In this document: one piece after another, positions 39,273 to 49,437 of the stretch | Numbering within the stretch: position 1 is the stretch's first letter | How the letters are laid out: each line of letters opens with the position of its first letter | Assembly (NCBI GenBank): GCA_964012435.1 | Contig: CAXGSM010000001.1 | Span: forward strand, 99,377 to 163,376 | DNA from: an uncultured bacterium | Lineage (GTDB): Bacteria > UBP7 > UBA6624 | Reading direction: 5' to 3' | Length of the DNA: 64,000 bases | Made by a program: the position numbers and the translations under genes | Notes under the pieces: generated by a model | Databases searched by the model: none | What the model saw: only the letters and a program-made list of their open reading frames with translations | Told to the model about the DNA's origin: nothing

Positions 39273-39911
39273 TTGATTTACTTCTTTCTTTTTATGGACT
39301 GGCTGACGGTTGGTAAAGTTTATACCTATGAGGGCGTTTTGTTTCGTGATAAAGTTTTTTACGAGTCTAAAGAAGAGGTTGAGTCAAAGGTAGTTTACTA
39401 CCTAAGTGTTATTGAGGAGAATGATAGCAACACTGTTAAAGTAAGCATTATCTGTCAGCCTAAAAACAAAGAATCTAAATTTAATGAAGTTCAAATTGAT
39501 CTTTTGAGAGAGGTTTGTCTGCCTGAGTTGAAGATTGATCTTGACAAAAAAACGCCCACACTTCCGAAGTATTTAGGATTTGGGCCATATGAGCTTCACC
39601 CTTATGACAAAGTCAAAAAAATGAAGGAAAATTTATATAAAGGTAATTTTTTAGAGGGTAAAGTTAAGCATGATTGGCAGTTGAGATACATTCCTAAAGA
39701 AGAACAAAAAGGAGTTATGCTGGCCGGAGATTTGAAAATAGAAAATGACAAAGGGTTGATCCCTACTAAAAAAAATTTAACATTTGATATTTTTTATATT
39801 TATGAGAATCAAAAAATAAAACATACAGAAATGGTTTTTGATTACCTTCTAGAGCCTTTTAATGTAAGCTCAACCTTAAGAATCCAGCTGAGGCTCATTG
39901 AAGATGCTTAA
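39273..39911 (+). CDS. Hypothetical protein
   Basis: 212-aa ORF filling the gap in a co-oriented run; no motif recognised. Confidence 0.7.
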   Translation: MIYFFLFMDWLTVGKVYTYEGVLFRDKVFYESKEEVESKVVYYLSVIEENDSNTVKVSIICQPKNKESKFNEVQIDLLREVCLPELKIDLDKKTPTLPKYLGFGPYELHPYDKVKKMKENLYKGNFLEGKVKHDWQLRYIPKEEQKGVMLAGDLKIENDKGLIPTKKNLTFDIFYIYENQKIKHTEMVFDYLLEPFNVSSTLRIQLRLIEDA

Positions 39912-40488
39912 CCAGAGGTTTGATAAAAATTTAACCAGGCATGTCCCTGGTGAGTTTTCATTTGGATCTTTGATTGGAAAGTTTCTTCTTTCAGTGTTAT
40001 CTATTATTTCGCTTTATGCTTTTGTTGTTTATGTTATTGATTCAAAAGCTCAAAATGAAATTCCTGAAATTATTGAAATAATACCACCTCCAGGAGACCT
40101 CCCTCGCGAGCATATTGCATATGTTGAATTCAGCACATCTTTAGATGAATGGTCTGTCTTTGATGGCCTTGTTTACAGGATACATAGGAAAGATGGTTCA
40201 ATTTCCCAAAAGAAGAAGGTTTCAAGTGCTGGAAGATTGATATTAAAAAATAATGGTAAAAGTTTAATATTTATGATCAATCATCAAAATCTACCTGTCG
40301 TCGGGGAAAGGATAATAGTCGACATTTCCGGTATTCGTTCAAAATCTGGGGTTGGTCTAAGTATGCAGTTTTTGGAATATCACATCACTGATGAAAAGCC
40401 TGATTTGTTATTTGAGCAACTGCTTACTAGGTTATCACTTTCTGAATTAAAGGTTTTATGGGATGAATGGCTTTCAGGAAATTTATAA
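39898..40488 (+). CDS. Hypothetical single-pass membrane protein, possible Ig-like domain
   Basis: One TM segment then P.I..I.P......V.FS..LD ... I.GI.S..G..L pattern resembling SbsA-type Ig domains. Confidence 0.6.
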   Translation: MKMLNQRFDKNLTRHVPGEFSFGSLIGKFLLSVLSIISLYAFVVYVIDSKAQNEIPEIIEIIPPPGDLPREHIAYVEFSTSLDEWSVFDGLVYRIHRKDGSISQKKKVSSAGRLILKNNGKSLIFMINHQNLPVVGERIIVDISGIRSKSGVGLSMQFLEYHITDEKPDLLFEQLLTRLSLSELKVLWDEWLSGNL

Positions 40489-40537
40489 AGAACGCTAAAA
40501 TAACAGAGTTTAAGTTTAAAGGGGAAATGGTTTAACT

Positions 40538-40774
40538 ATGTTGGTTGTTATCGCATTTATACAATTTTATAAATTTGTTCTATTCGCAAGAATTCTTTTA
40601 AGCTGGTTTCGTGTCAATTGGAGAAGCCGGTATTTCTTTTGGATTGCTGATGTAACTGAACCGATTTTAAGATTCGTTAGACCTCTTTTTCCAAAAATGG
40701 GAGGTATAGACTTTTCTCCTATTATTGCGTTTTATTTATTAGATTTGATAATTGGAGTGTTGGCCAGATTATGA
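40538..40774 (+). CDS. YggT-family membrane protein
   Basis: RILLSWF, VTEPIL...R...[11 protein letters not shown]. Confidence 0.93.
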   Translation: MLVVIAFIQFYKFVLFARILLSWFRVNWRSRYFFWIADVTEPILRFVRPLFPKMGGIDFSPIIAFYLLDLIIGVLARL

Positions 40775-42000
40775 GTTATTTTTTTAGTGAAGATAAAGAG
40801 GTTGAAAATATAGTACATTCGGAAATATCCAGACTAGAAGAGGGTTTGGAGCTTATTGCAAGCGAGAATGTCGCAAGCAAAAATGTAATGCTTGCTCAAG
40901 GAAGCCCTCTAACAAACAAATATGCCGAAGGATACCCTTCAAAGAGGTATTATGGAGGTTGTGAGGAGGTTGACAAGGTTGAAAATTTAGCAATATCGAG
41001 AGCAAAAAGTATATTCAATTGCTCTTATGTTAATGTTCAGCCTCATTCTGGATCACAGGCAAATCAGGCAGTTTATTCAGCTTTACTTGAGCCAGGAGAC
41101 ACAATATTGTCATTATCTCTTTCCGATGGAGGCCACCTTTCCCATGGTCACTTTGTTACTCAAGTTGGAAAGATTTTTAAGATCTCTAACTATTCCTTGG
41201 ATGAAAGAACGGAGCTTATTGATTTTGATAAAGTTAAAAAGGTTGCTTTTGAAACAAAGCCAAAATTAATAATTTGTGGATATAGCAATTATTCAAGAAA
41301 GATTGATTTTTCTTCTTTTAGAGATATTGCAGATCAAGTAGGCGCTTATCTCTTAGGTGACATTGCTCATATTTCTGGAATTGTTGCGGCAGGCAAGCAC
41401 CCTTCCCCTTTTCCTCATTGTCATATTGCCACAACCACAACACATAAAACATTAAGAGGCCCAAGAGGTGGCATGATCTTAAGTTCAGATCCTGATATTG
41501 CTAAAAAAATTGATAAAGCTGTTTTTCCAGGAATGCAAGGCGGGCCATTAATGCATGTTATTGCAGCTAAAGCTGTTGCTTTTAGAGAGGCAGCAAGCCC
41601 TTCTTTTAAAAATTACATAAATCAGGTTTTGAAAAATGCAAAACATCTTTCTGGCTGCTTGTCAGATCAGGGTTTAAGGATAGTTTCTGGAGGAACTGAT
41701 AATCATTTGTTTTCGTGTGATTTAAGAAATTGGAAACTTACAGGCAAGGAAGCTGAAGCCTTGCTTGGAGACGCAGGCATAACGGTAAACAAAAACACAA
41801 TTCCTAATGATCCTCAAAGTCCTTTTGTGACTAGCGGTATAAGGATCGGAACCCCAGCTATTACAACAAGAGGCATGAAGGAAACGGAAATGAAAGAGAT
41901 TTCTAACCTTGTAGTCAAAGCGTTGAAAGAAAGGGTTAATCCTGCAAAAATTAAAAAAGAGGTACTTGAGCTTTGTCAAAAATTCCCCCTTTACACGTAG
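40771..42000 (+). CDS. glyA: Serine hydroxymethyltransferase
   Basis: [49 protein letters not shown]. Confidence 0.99.
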   Translation: MSYFFSEDKEVENIVHSEISRLEEGLELIASENVASKNVMLAQGSPLTNKYAEGYPSKRYYGGCEEVDKVENLAISRAKSIFNCSYVNVQPHSGSQANQAVYSALLEPGDTILSLSLSDGGHLSHGHFVTQVGKIFKISNYSLDERTELIDFDKVKKVAFETKPKLIICGYSNYSRKIDFSSFRDIADQVGAYLLGDIAHISGIVAAGKHPSPFPHCHIATTTTHKTLRGPRGGMILSSDPDIAKKIDKAVFPGMQGGPLMHVIAAKAVAFREAASPSFKNYINQVLKNAKHLSGCLSDQGLRIVSGGTDNHLFSCDLRNWKLTGKEAEALLGDAGITVNKNTIPNDPQSPFVTSGIRIGTPAITTRGMKETEMKEISNLVVKALKERVNPAKIKKEVLELCQKFPLYT

Positions 42001-42401
42001 CTTATCTATGTATAGGCTCAAATGTTGGCAACTGTAATCTCCATTTAAAGAATGCCATAAAGGAAATTAAAAAATGGCCAAGAACTGAAGTTGTAAAAAT
42101 TTCAAAAATTCTAGAAACAGAACCATATGGGCCTATAAAAAACCAGGATAATTTTTTTAACCAAATGATAAAAATTAAAAGTTTTTTAAATCCTTTAAGT
42201 GTTATTGATTTGATAGAAGTTACTGAGAACAAACTAGGAAGAGATAGAAAAAATGCTCTAAAAAAAGGCCCTCGCATAATAGATATTGATTTAATAATCT
42301 TTGATAGCTTGAAAATAGCTTCAAAAAGATTAACCTTACCTCATCCTTCTCTTGGTTCAAGAGCTTATGTCTTGAAGCTTATGGAGGATATTGATGGTTG
42401 A
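41973..42401 (+). CDS. folK: 6-hydroxymethyl-7,8-dihydropterin pyrophosphokinase
   Basis: [33 protein letters not shown]. Confidence 0.95.
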   Translation: MSKIPPLHVAYLCIGSNVGNCNLHLKNAIKEIKKWPRTEVVKISKILETEPYGPIKNQDNFFNQMIKIKSFLNPLSVIDLIEVTENKLGRDRKNALKKGPRIIDIDLIIFDSLKIASKRLTLPHPSLGSRAYVLKLMEDIDG

Positions 42402-43245
42402 TTTTTTTTCAAAATTTAAGAGTGAGATGCAAGTTTCTTTCGATAATTTAATAGAGGAAGATAAGATTTTTCAAGATGTTACTACTGATTATTTAGAGAT
42501 AAATGAAAAATCTATTTCTGAAATTACCTCTAGGGCGAATGGCTTTGTTTCAGGTATTTCAATTGTTAAATTTTTTTTCAATCATCTTAATCTTGATTAC
42601 AGAATTGTTCATGAAGTTCAAGATGGTGATTTTGTTTCAAAGAATGATATGTTTTTTTCGTTCATCTTGAATGGTCCTGATGCATTGAGAACTGAAAGGA
42701 TTGTTTTAAATCTAATCACTAGATGTTCATCAATATGTTCTGAAGTTAACAAATGGAAGAAAGTCACAGATCTTTATGGTGTAAAGCTTTTAGATACACG
42801 GAAAACCGCTCCTGGTAATCGTTATTTTGACAAGCACTCTGTACTTATTGGCGGAGGTAATAATCATCGATTCAACCTGGAAGACGAAGTTTTAATAAAA
42901 GAGAATCATCTGGTTTTTTTTAAAAATTTGAGTTCCGCAATTCAGAATATTCAAAAAAATAATAAGTCCAAAACTGTTGTTGTTGAAGTTGAAAGCATGA
43001 AACAGCTTCAAGAGATTTATAAATTGGATTTTGATAGAGTTATTTTTGATAATTGGAAATATGAAAAAATAAGCGAAGGGATAAAGGTTGCAAGAAGTGG
43101 AAATAAAAAAGTAGAGCTATCTGGAGGCATAAATTTATCAAATCTCAACTCATACTGCTTGTTGAAGCCTGATTTTGTTTCTGCTAGTTCTGTAACCAAC
43201 CCCAGCAAAGATTTTGATATCTCAATGTTAATTAAACGTTATTAG
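42394..43245 (+). CDS. nadC: Quinolinate phosphoribosyltransferase
   Basis: ER..LN, DTRKT.PG, GGG.NHR, LIKENH, EVE, DN, SGGI. Confidence 0.95.
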   Translation: MVDFFSKFKSEMQVSFDNLIEEDKIFQDVTTDYLEINEKSISEITSRANGFVSGISIVKFFFNHLNLDYRIVHEVQDGDFVSKNDMFFSFILNGPDALRTERIVLNLITRCSSICSEVNKWKKVTDLYGVKLLDTRKTAPGNRYFDKHSVLIGGGNNHRFNLEDEVLIKENHLVFFKNLSSAIQNIQKNNKSKTVVVEVESMKQLQEIYKLDFDRVIFDNWKYEKISEGIKVARSGNKKVELSGGINLSNLNSYCLLKPDFVSASSVTNPSKDFDISMLIKRY

Positions 43246-43713
43246 GATTATTTGTGTTAGGTAGATTAAAGAAAAAGCAAATCTGCCAAAACCACTTGCC
43301 AAGACCCCTAATAAAGCCCCTTTTGCAACTGTTAAACTTTTGTTTTTTGACCCATGAACCTTCATCTCCCATAAGAATGAACCTAAAAATGCACCTATGA
43401 AAACACCCCATGGGGGAATAACTGCAGCGAATAGGATTATTCCAGCCAAGCATGCCCAAGGAGTTCCTTTTGATGATTTGTACTTCTTTAAAACTCCTGT
43501 TCTTATCATGTGCTCAATAACACTGTTTAAAATCCATACTGTAACGCCAATTATCAAAGGCAAAAAACCGTTGGCTTTATCGCTGTTTGTCCATGCTAAA
43601 AATGTCATAAATAATAAAAATTCAATGCATGGTATTATCGGAAAAAAGCTTAAAAGTGAAAATATGACACTAAATATAACTATTATCCAATCTATGAACT
43701 CGATATTAAACAT
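43228..43713 (-). CDS. DUF456-family membrane protein
   Basis: Hydrophobic, KKY.SSK...W....G, PPWG.FIGAFLG.FL.E pattern. Confidence 0.75.
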   Translation of the reverse strand: MFNIEFIDWIIVIFSVIFSLLSFFPIIPCIEFLLFMTFLAWTNSDKANGFLPLIIGVTVWILNSVIEHMIRTGVLKKYKSSKGTPWACLAGIILFAAVIPPWGVFIGAFLGSFLWEMKVHGSKNKSLTVAKGALLGVLASGFGRFAFSLIYLTQIILITFN

Positions 43714-43721
43714 TCAAAACT

Positions 43722-43733
43722 TATTTTAAAATA
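43722..43733. promoter_or_regulatory. Palindromic bidirectional -10 element between divergent DUF456 and nadA
   Basis: TATTTTAAAATA perfect palindrome; TAAAAT on each strand lies 9 nt from the respective ATG. Confidence 0.6.
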
Positions 43734-43741
43734 TCCTCTTT

Positions 43742-44689
43742 ATGAATCGTAACGAATTAATAAATGAAATACAGCGTTTAAAGAAAGAGAAGAATGCTTT
43801 GATTCTTGCGCACAACTATGTTGAGGGCGAAATTCAGGATTTAGCTGATTACGTTGGAGACTCTCTTGGCCTTTCTAGAAAGTCAGCTGAAACGGATAAT
43901 GAATTGATTGTTTTTTGTGCTGTTCACTTTATGGCTGAAACAGCTAGCGTTCTTGCTAAAGGAAAGCAAAGAATATTATGTCCTGATTTAAATGCGGGAT
44001 GTTCTCTTTCGGAAACGATAACAGGTGACCAGCTCAAAAAATGGAAAAAAGAACATCCAGGCGCTATTGTTGTTAGTTATGTAAATACCTCAGCCGAAGT
44101 TAAAGCAGAGAGTGATTATTGTTGCACTTCCGGAAATGCTCTAAATGTTGTTAGATCCATACCAAAAGACAAGGATATCTTGTTCTTGCCAGATATGTTC
44201 TTAGGGGCTTGGGTGCAGGAGGTTACTGGAAGAAAAATGCATATATGGCCTGGTGAATGTCATGTTCATGCTTCACTTCCTCCAGAAAGAATTCAAGATT
44301 TAATGAAAGTTCATTCTGATGCTGATTTTTTAATACATCCTGAATGTGGATGCTCAACTTCATGTATGTACCTGAGTTCAGTTGGAAAGCTTGAAAAAAA
44401 ACCACATATCCTTTCTACAGCAGGAATGGTTAAGCATGCAGAAAAAAGCAATGCTGAAACATTTGTTGTGGCTACAGAAACTGGTATTTTGCATCCTTTG
44501 AAAAAATCTTTGCCGAAAAAAGAATTTATACCTGCATCAGATAGTATGGTTTGTCAATACATGAAAATGGTTACGCTTGAAAAGCTTTATGTCTCTTTAA
44601 GGGACGAGAAACACGAAGTTAAAGTTGAAGAGCCTTTAAAGAGCAAAGCTAAAAAAGCCATAGTTCGCATGTTGGAAATTGATGGCTAA
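43742..44689 (+). CDS. nadA: Quinolinate synthase
   Basis: LAHNY, GDSL.L, V.FMAE, AGCS, YVN, CTS.N, C.VH, HPEC, C.YMK. Confidence 0.97.
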   Translation: MNRNELINEIQRLKKEKNALILAHNYVEGEIQDLADYVGDSLGLSRKSAETDNELIVFCAVHFMAETASVLAKGKQRILCPDLNAGCSLSETITGDQLKKWKKEHPGAIVVSYVNTSAEVKAESDYCCTSGNALNVVRSIPKDKDILFLPDMFLGAWVQEVTGRKMHIWPGECHVHASLPPERIQDLMKVHSDADFLIHPECGCSTSCMYLSSVGKLEKKPHILSTAGMVKHAEKSNAETFVVATETGILHPLKKSLPKKEFIPASDSMVCQYMKMVTLEKLYVSLRDEKHEVKVEEPLKSKAKKAIVRMLEIDG

Positions 44690-45242
44690 TATAAAAAGAA
44701 AATCAACATCAGATCTCATAATATCAAGACCAACAGAAAAAGAAAGAAATAAAAACAAAATCTCAGTAACAATTCTTTTAGACAATGTTAGAAGTGCAAG
44801 GAACGTTGGTTTGATCTTTCGTTTAGCTGATTGTGTTAATGTTAAAGAAATATGGATGTGCGGGATAACACCTTATCCTGGGTTTACGGAACATGCTACG
44901 AATCAAATTAACAAAACAGGTGTAGGAGGAAGTGTAGAAACAGTTCCTTGGAGATATTTTGATAATGATTTAGATGCCTTAAGTGAGGCTAGAAGAAAAG
45001 GTTTACATATTGTTTGCTATGAACAGGCTAAAGGTTCAAAGAGATGGCCTGTTAAGTTTAAAAGATGTGATTTGTTGCTTGTTTTTGGACATGAGATAAA
45101 GGGCGTAAGCGATTGCTTTATCGAGAAAAGCGATGAGGTTGTTGAACTGCCAGTAAGAGGCATAACAAATAGCTTGAATATTGCTTTATGTGCAAGTGCC
45201 GTCCTGTATGAAGTGCTGAATCAATTTGATGATGCTTCTTAA
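44682..45242 (+). CDS. TrmH/SpoU-family RNA methyltransferase
   Basis: LDNVRS..NVG.IFR.AD, VFGHE..GV, SLN.A. Confidence 0.93.
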   Translation: MANIKRKSTSDLIISRPTEKERNKNKISVTILLDNVRSARNVGLIFRLADCVNVKEIWMCGITPYPGFTEHATNQINKTGVGGSVETVPWRYFDNDLDALSEARRKGLHIVCYEQAKGSKRWPVKFKRCDLLLVFGHEIKGVSDCFIEKSDEVVELPVRGITNSLNIALCASAVLYEVLNQFDDAS

Positions 45243-45254
45243 GTTTGCAATTTT

Positions 45255-45821
45255 TTAATTCTTTACAGGAACGTTAATCATTGTCCCAATTTTTAATTTT
45301 GCAGGATCTATACCCGGGTTTAATTCTTGCAGAACGTCAAGTGTTGTGTTAAGAGCTTTTGCTATACCTTCTAATGTGTCGCCTTTTTTTATCCTATACA
45401 GCCCATCGTCCTCTGGATAATCGGAATTCCATTGATTCCTAAGAGGTATTTTTAACTCCTGCCCAAGTTTCAGCTTGTCTGGATCTTTTATTTTGTTTAA
45501 TTCGATTATTGATTGAATTGTGACACCCCAATCTCTTGCTATAGATGTTAAGCTTTCTCCAGATTCAACAATGTGAATATCAAAGTTTTCACTTTTTTCT
45601 TCGTCAGATTCATCATTGAAAATTGTATCTTCTGAACTTGTTTCTTCTTCTTGCAAGTCAAGATCTCCAAGCTCTAGGTAAACGGGTTTTTCATTTGTTT
45701 TTGGAGTAATGTTTGCTTGCTCAGGCTTTTCTGTATTTGTTGTTTTTAGTATAGTTAAAGTAGCAATAATGATCAACAATAAAGGGAAAAAGTTTATTTT
45801 GTTTTTTTTAATGTATTTCAT
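45255..45821 (-). CDS. Membrane-anchored protein with two LysM domains
   Basis: HIVESGESL.SIA...LN.I.DP..L..GQ.L.IP and YRIKKGDTL..IA...LNP.IDP..L.IG..I.VP. Confidence 0.95.
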   Translation of the reverse strand: MKYIKKNKINFFPLLLIIIATLTILKTTNTEKPEQANITPKTNEKPVYLELGDLDLQEEETSSEDTIFNDESDEEKSENFDIHIVESGESLTSIARDWGVTIQSIIELNKIKDPDKLKLGQELKIPLRNQWNSDYPEDDGLYRIKKGDTLEGIAKALNTTLDVLQELNPGIDPAKLKIGTMINVPVKN

Positions 45822-45825
45822 TGAC

Positions 45826-45880
45826 GAGGTTGAGGGAGGATCAATGCCTGGGTGGGTTCATTGAAAACTCCCTCAATTTT
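45826..45880. promoter_or_regulatory. GC-rich nested inverted repeat upstream of the LysM gene
   Basis: TTGAGGGAG 45830-45838 / CTCCCTCAA 45868-45876 enclosing TCAATG 45841-45846 / CATTGA 45859-45864. Confidence 0.65.
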
Positions 45881-45942
45881 AGTTTAGGCACTTTTGAGCT
45901 AAGTATACGGTTTTTGTAATAAGCTTTGGTTAACTTTTTTTA

Positions 45943-47076
45943 TTATTTGTTAAATATTTTTTCAAAATTAAGATTCGGGTCAGTGAACTTTCCTTTTTCC
46001 TGTATCACTTGATCATCAAGAAGTATTTTTCCTTCTTCCCTAAGGTCAAGGATCATATCCCAGTGAAGTGCACTGTTATTTTTTGAACCGCTTTCAGGGT
46101 AACCTTTGCCTAAAGCCATATGGAAAGTACCACCAATTTTTTCATCAAAAAGTATATTTTTTATATGTCTATCAATAGAGTAGTTCGTTCCAATTGCAAC
46201 TTCTCCCGGAATCTTTGCCCCTTTATCTAAATCTATCAATGACAGAAGATGCTCTTCTCCAATCTTGGCTGAAGCATCAGCCACTTCTCCATTTTTGAAT
46301 ATTAGACTAATATCCTGGACTAAAACACCTTGATAAACAGTTGGCCATTTGTATCTCACCCTTCCCTCTACAGAGCCCTCTACAGGAGCTGTAAAAACTT
46401 CTCCATCAGGGAAGTTTAGTTTTCCAGAACAAGGAATCCATGTCCTGCCCTCTATTTCCATTTTCAAATCAGTGTCTTTCGAAACAACTCTTAATCTTTT
46501 ACCTTTATTTAGTATTGATGCGAGTTTGTCTTGCTCTAATTCAAATTCTTTCCAAAAAACAGATGGATCGTCAAGGTGGAGATTTCCTGCCTTGTAAACA
46601 AAGCTGCAAAAATCTTCATAACTCATTCCAGCTTCTTTAGCAAATGCTTCAGTTGGCCATAATGTTCCAACCCAATGGAAATCACCATCAGCAGATCTTT
46701 TTAACGTGATGTCTCTTACTTCTTCGCTTGATTTATAAAACATTGATATTTTTTTTGTATCAACTTTCGACAAAAGCCTAGTGTCGCTAGTTGCGTTTAT
46801 TCCCACCCTTGCGTCAAGTGTTTTTGCTTCCAGGATTGAGGTCTCATGAACATAGCTTAATTGATTGTCGTTTGCGTTTTCAATAAAAATGGGAGTGCAT
46901 GAATCTAAATGTATATTTGTTTTAGGGTGAGCTTTAGCTTTTAAAATTTCTTTTAATATCTCTTTTATTAATGGTTCTGCTAAAGGGGTTGTATTTATAG
47001 CTACTCTCCAGTTTTCCTGAACATCTAAGGAATAATTTACAAGAACTTTTGCTAGTTTTTTGGCCATATCTTTCAT
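45943..47076 (-). CDS. M29-family aminopeptidase (AmpS/AmpT)
   Basis: NFPDGEVFTAP, GEVAIG, LFDEKIGGT.H.ALG..Y, N.SALHWD. Confidence 0.95.
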   Translation of the reverse strand: MKDMAKKLAKVLVNYSLDVQENWRVAINTTPLAEPLIKEILKEILKAKAHPKTNIHLDSCTPIFIENANDNQLSYVHETSILEAKTLDARVGINATSDTRLLSKVDTKKISMFYKSSEEVRDITLKRSADGDFHWVGTLWPTEAFAKEAGMSYEDFCSFVYKAGNLHLDDPSVFWKEFELEQDKLASILNKGKRLRVVSKDTDLKMEIEGRTWIPCSGKLNFPDGEVFTAPVEGSVEGRVRYKWPTVYQGVLVQDISLIFKNGEVADASAKIGEEHLLSLIDLDKGAKIPGEVAIGTNYSIDRHIKNILFDEKIGGTFHMALGKGYPESGSKNNSALHWDMILDLREEGKILLDDQVIQEKGKFTDPNLNFEKIFNK

Positions 47077-47112
47077 AATGGTTTGATTTTATGATAATAA
47101 AATAACTTTGTT

Positions 47113-47571
47113 TTGGAAAAAAAAGCTAAAAAGCTCTCTTTTGCTGGTTTGAAAGTAACCAAAAGCAATGGGATTTTAAAATTTTATCAGCCTGATGAAA
47201 ATTATTTTCTTTTTGATTTAAAAAATGTAGATATTGAAACATGGGAGAAAAGAGGCAAAAGAGGCGCAAAGCTTTCGAATGGCTATCAGGTTTTAGAAGG
47301 ATGGATTCTTTTTCCTCCAGGTGGTGTAAATTCAAGTAATGATATACCTGAAGGGATGCCAAAGCTTGTATCATTACGAGACTTGAGCTTAATGAGCAAG
47401 AACTTTGAAAAAGAACTTTTAACAGAACCAAAAAATCAGAGTTTAATAAATGCAATTTACCTTACTTCCAAATCAATTGTTGAAGGAGCCAAGCAAGCAG
47501 GGTTGAACATGAACCCAAAAATAGAGTCGATTTTGAAATTCATGAAAATTTATGTGGTTGATTTGATTTGA
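47113..47571 (+). CDS. Hypothetical protein
   Basis: 152-aa ORF filling the gap; TAAAAT 9 nt upstream of the TTG start. Confidence 0.65.
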   Translation: MEKKAKKLSFAGLKVTKSNGILKFYQPDENYFLFDLKNVDIETWEKRGKRGAKLSNGYQVLEGWILFPPGGVNSSNDIPEGMPKLVSLRDLSLMSKNFEKELLTEPKNQSLINAIYLTSKSIVEGAKQAGLNMNPKIESILKFMKIYVVDLI

Positions 47572-47626
47572 TTAATCTTCAGTGCAAGTTTTATTTTTAA
47601 CTATTATTCAGAATAAAATGGACTAG

Positions 47627-48313
47627 ATGAAGCGTGTGAAGTGTTTAATTATTGATCTTGATGACACCCTTTGCAATACTTTTTCAGATTTAGTGTTTCT
47701 TGCCCATCGTGATGCCTCTAAGGCAATGGTTGAAGCAGGTATCGGGATGTCTGTTGATGAGGTTTTTGAAAAAAGAATAAAAATATTAGAAAAAACGATA
47801 TCCAAGAATTTTTCAAAAACATTTGAAGAAATGCTTATTGAAGGCTTTTCGTGTTCTCAAAAAATCATCAATGCTGGTTTCGATGCATACTATAGTCGTG
47901 ACATAGGCAAGCTAACTCTTTTCCCCCTTGCTCAAGATTTTTTAAACTTATGTTCTTTTTTAAAAATAGCTCTTGTTACAAAAGGAAACAAATCAACACA
48001 GCTTCAAAAAATAAATAAATTAAATATTAAGAGTTATTTTGATCATGTTGCAATTGTTGAAATATCAAACTCAAAAGAGAATGAATTTAGAAACATTATG
48101 AAAAAATGGGACCTTCAGCCGAGTGAGGTATTTGTAATTGGCGACAGGCCTGATGCAGATATCTGCATTGGAAACAAATTAAACATGAATACCGTTAGGT
48201 TTAAGTCTGAACATTATGCCAATATGAAACCAAGAAACAAGCTTGAAATCAGTGATTATGAAGTGAAAAATTACAAAGAGCTTATTGATTTATTTAACAA
48301 AAACTTCATTTGA
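47627..48313 (+). CDS. HAD-superfamily hydrolase
   Basis: DLDDTL motif I, VTKG...Q..KI, IGD...DI..G. Confidence 0.92.
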   Translation: MKRVKCLIIDLDDTLCNTFSDLVFLAHRDASKAMVEAGIGMSVDEVFEKRIKILEKTISKNFSKTFEEMLIEGFSCSQKIINAGFDAYYSRDIGKLTLFPLAQDFLNLCSFLKIALVTKGNKSTQLQKINKLNIKSYFDHVAIVEISNSKENEFRNIMKKWDLQPSEVFVIGDRPDADICIGNKLNMNTVRFKSEHYANMKPRNKLEISDYEVKNYKELIDLFNKNFI

Positions 48314-49381
48314 CCAAGTTGACGGTTGTGTCCAGCTAGATATTATTGACCTGTACTCTTCGTAAGATATGTAATACGTAACTTTAGGCCTGTCGAAAGC
48401 ATCCAGGAGGATGGCCTGAACTTTTCCGCCTTTCCTTAAGTCCAAGTCATCCTCGTAAGGAAAATCAAATTTGTATGTCCTTAAAACTTTTCTGTATTTG
48501 TCCATAACCTTAAATGTGTGAACATCTCCTTCACAGCTTAAAATTGGACACATACCTTCTGGGGCTCCATAATTTAACATAGCTACAGCAATGTCTCCAT
48601 TTTCAATACTCAAGATATCAACCTTTGCAAGTATTGGAACAAATTCGCCATCACCAAGCGGTTTCCAGCCATATTGAAAAACCATTTCAATATCACCATC
48701 AATATGTCCCCAATTGTTATTATCAACTTGGCTCAGGGTATTGTTTGTTTTTATTTTTTCAATACCATTTAGCCCGCATTCAATAGATTTTTCTATTTCT
48801 TCTTGATTCTCGTCTGTAGCAGAAAATATTACTTTATCTCCATATCGCGTCATGCTTCCAGATGTATTTTCAATTTCAAAAGTACCAGAATTGCCATCTG
48901 TCTCAGGGAAGCTTATTGTTCCAACTGGAGAATAACCATCATTACGCATAATTTCTACAAAATTGCTATTTTCATTTTTTGATCTAAATAATTGAATAAG
49001 CGGATTGCTTAGCAATTCATCTTTTGAATCTTTTGAAACTTCAAAAGACAATTTACCAGAACAAGGTTCCCAGTGTAGAAAATATCTATTGTCATCTTTT
49101 TCCTGAGTAGCAGAAAGTAGATCCTCATCCGAACCCTCATTGCTTAAAAGGTCGGTTTCTATTTTCTCTGGAGCTTCTGAACCAATTGCAGATAAATCTT
49201 CAGCTTTATCATCTGCTGTACTTTCTTCCAGCTCTTCAGCAGGGTCTTCTGTAAGGGTTGTTGTCTCAATGGTTTCTTTATTGCTTGATTCCACGGAATC
49301 AATAGACTCTTTTGATTCGGATGTCTCACAACCAAAAATAGTTAAGAAAAGGATGGCTAGTAACGGTAATTTATTATTCAT
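48290..49381 (-). CDS. Hypothetical lipoprotein with acidic linker
   Basis: Lipobox TIFGC, about 80-aa E/S/D/T-rich tether, globular C-terminus. Confidence 0.75.
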   Translation of the reverse strand: MNNKLPLLAILFLTIFGCETSESKESIDSVESSNKETIETTTLTEDPAEELEESTADDKAEDLSAIGSEAPEKIETDLLSNEGSDEDLLSATQEKDDNRYFLHWEPCSGKLSFEVSKDSKDELLSNPLIQLFRSKNENSNFVEIMRNDGYSPVGTISFPETDGNSGTFEIENTSGSMTRYGDKVIFSATDENQEEIEKSIECGLNGIEKIKTNNTLSQVDNNNWGHIDGDIEMVFQYGWKPLGDGEFVPILAKVDILSIENGDIAVAMLNYGAPEGMCPILSCEGDVHTFKVMDKYRKVLRTYKFDFPYEDDLDLRKGGKVQAILLDAFDRPKVTYYISYEEYRSIISSWTQPSTWSNEVFVK

Positions 49382-49437
49382 GATTTAGATTGTAATCTTA
49401 TTTAGAATGTCAATGTTCAAAAAAACATTTTAATATT

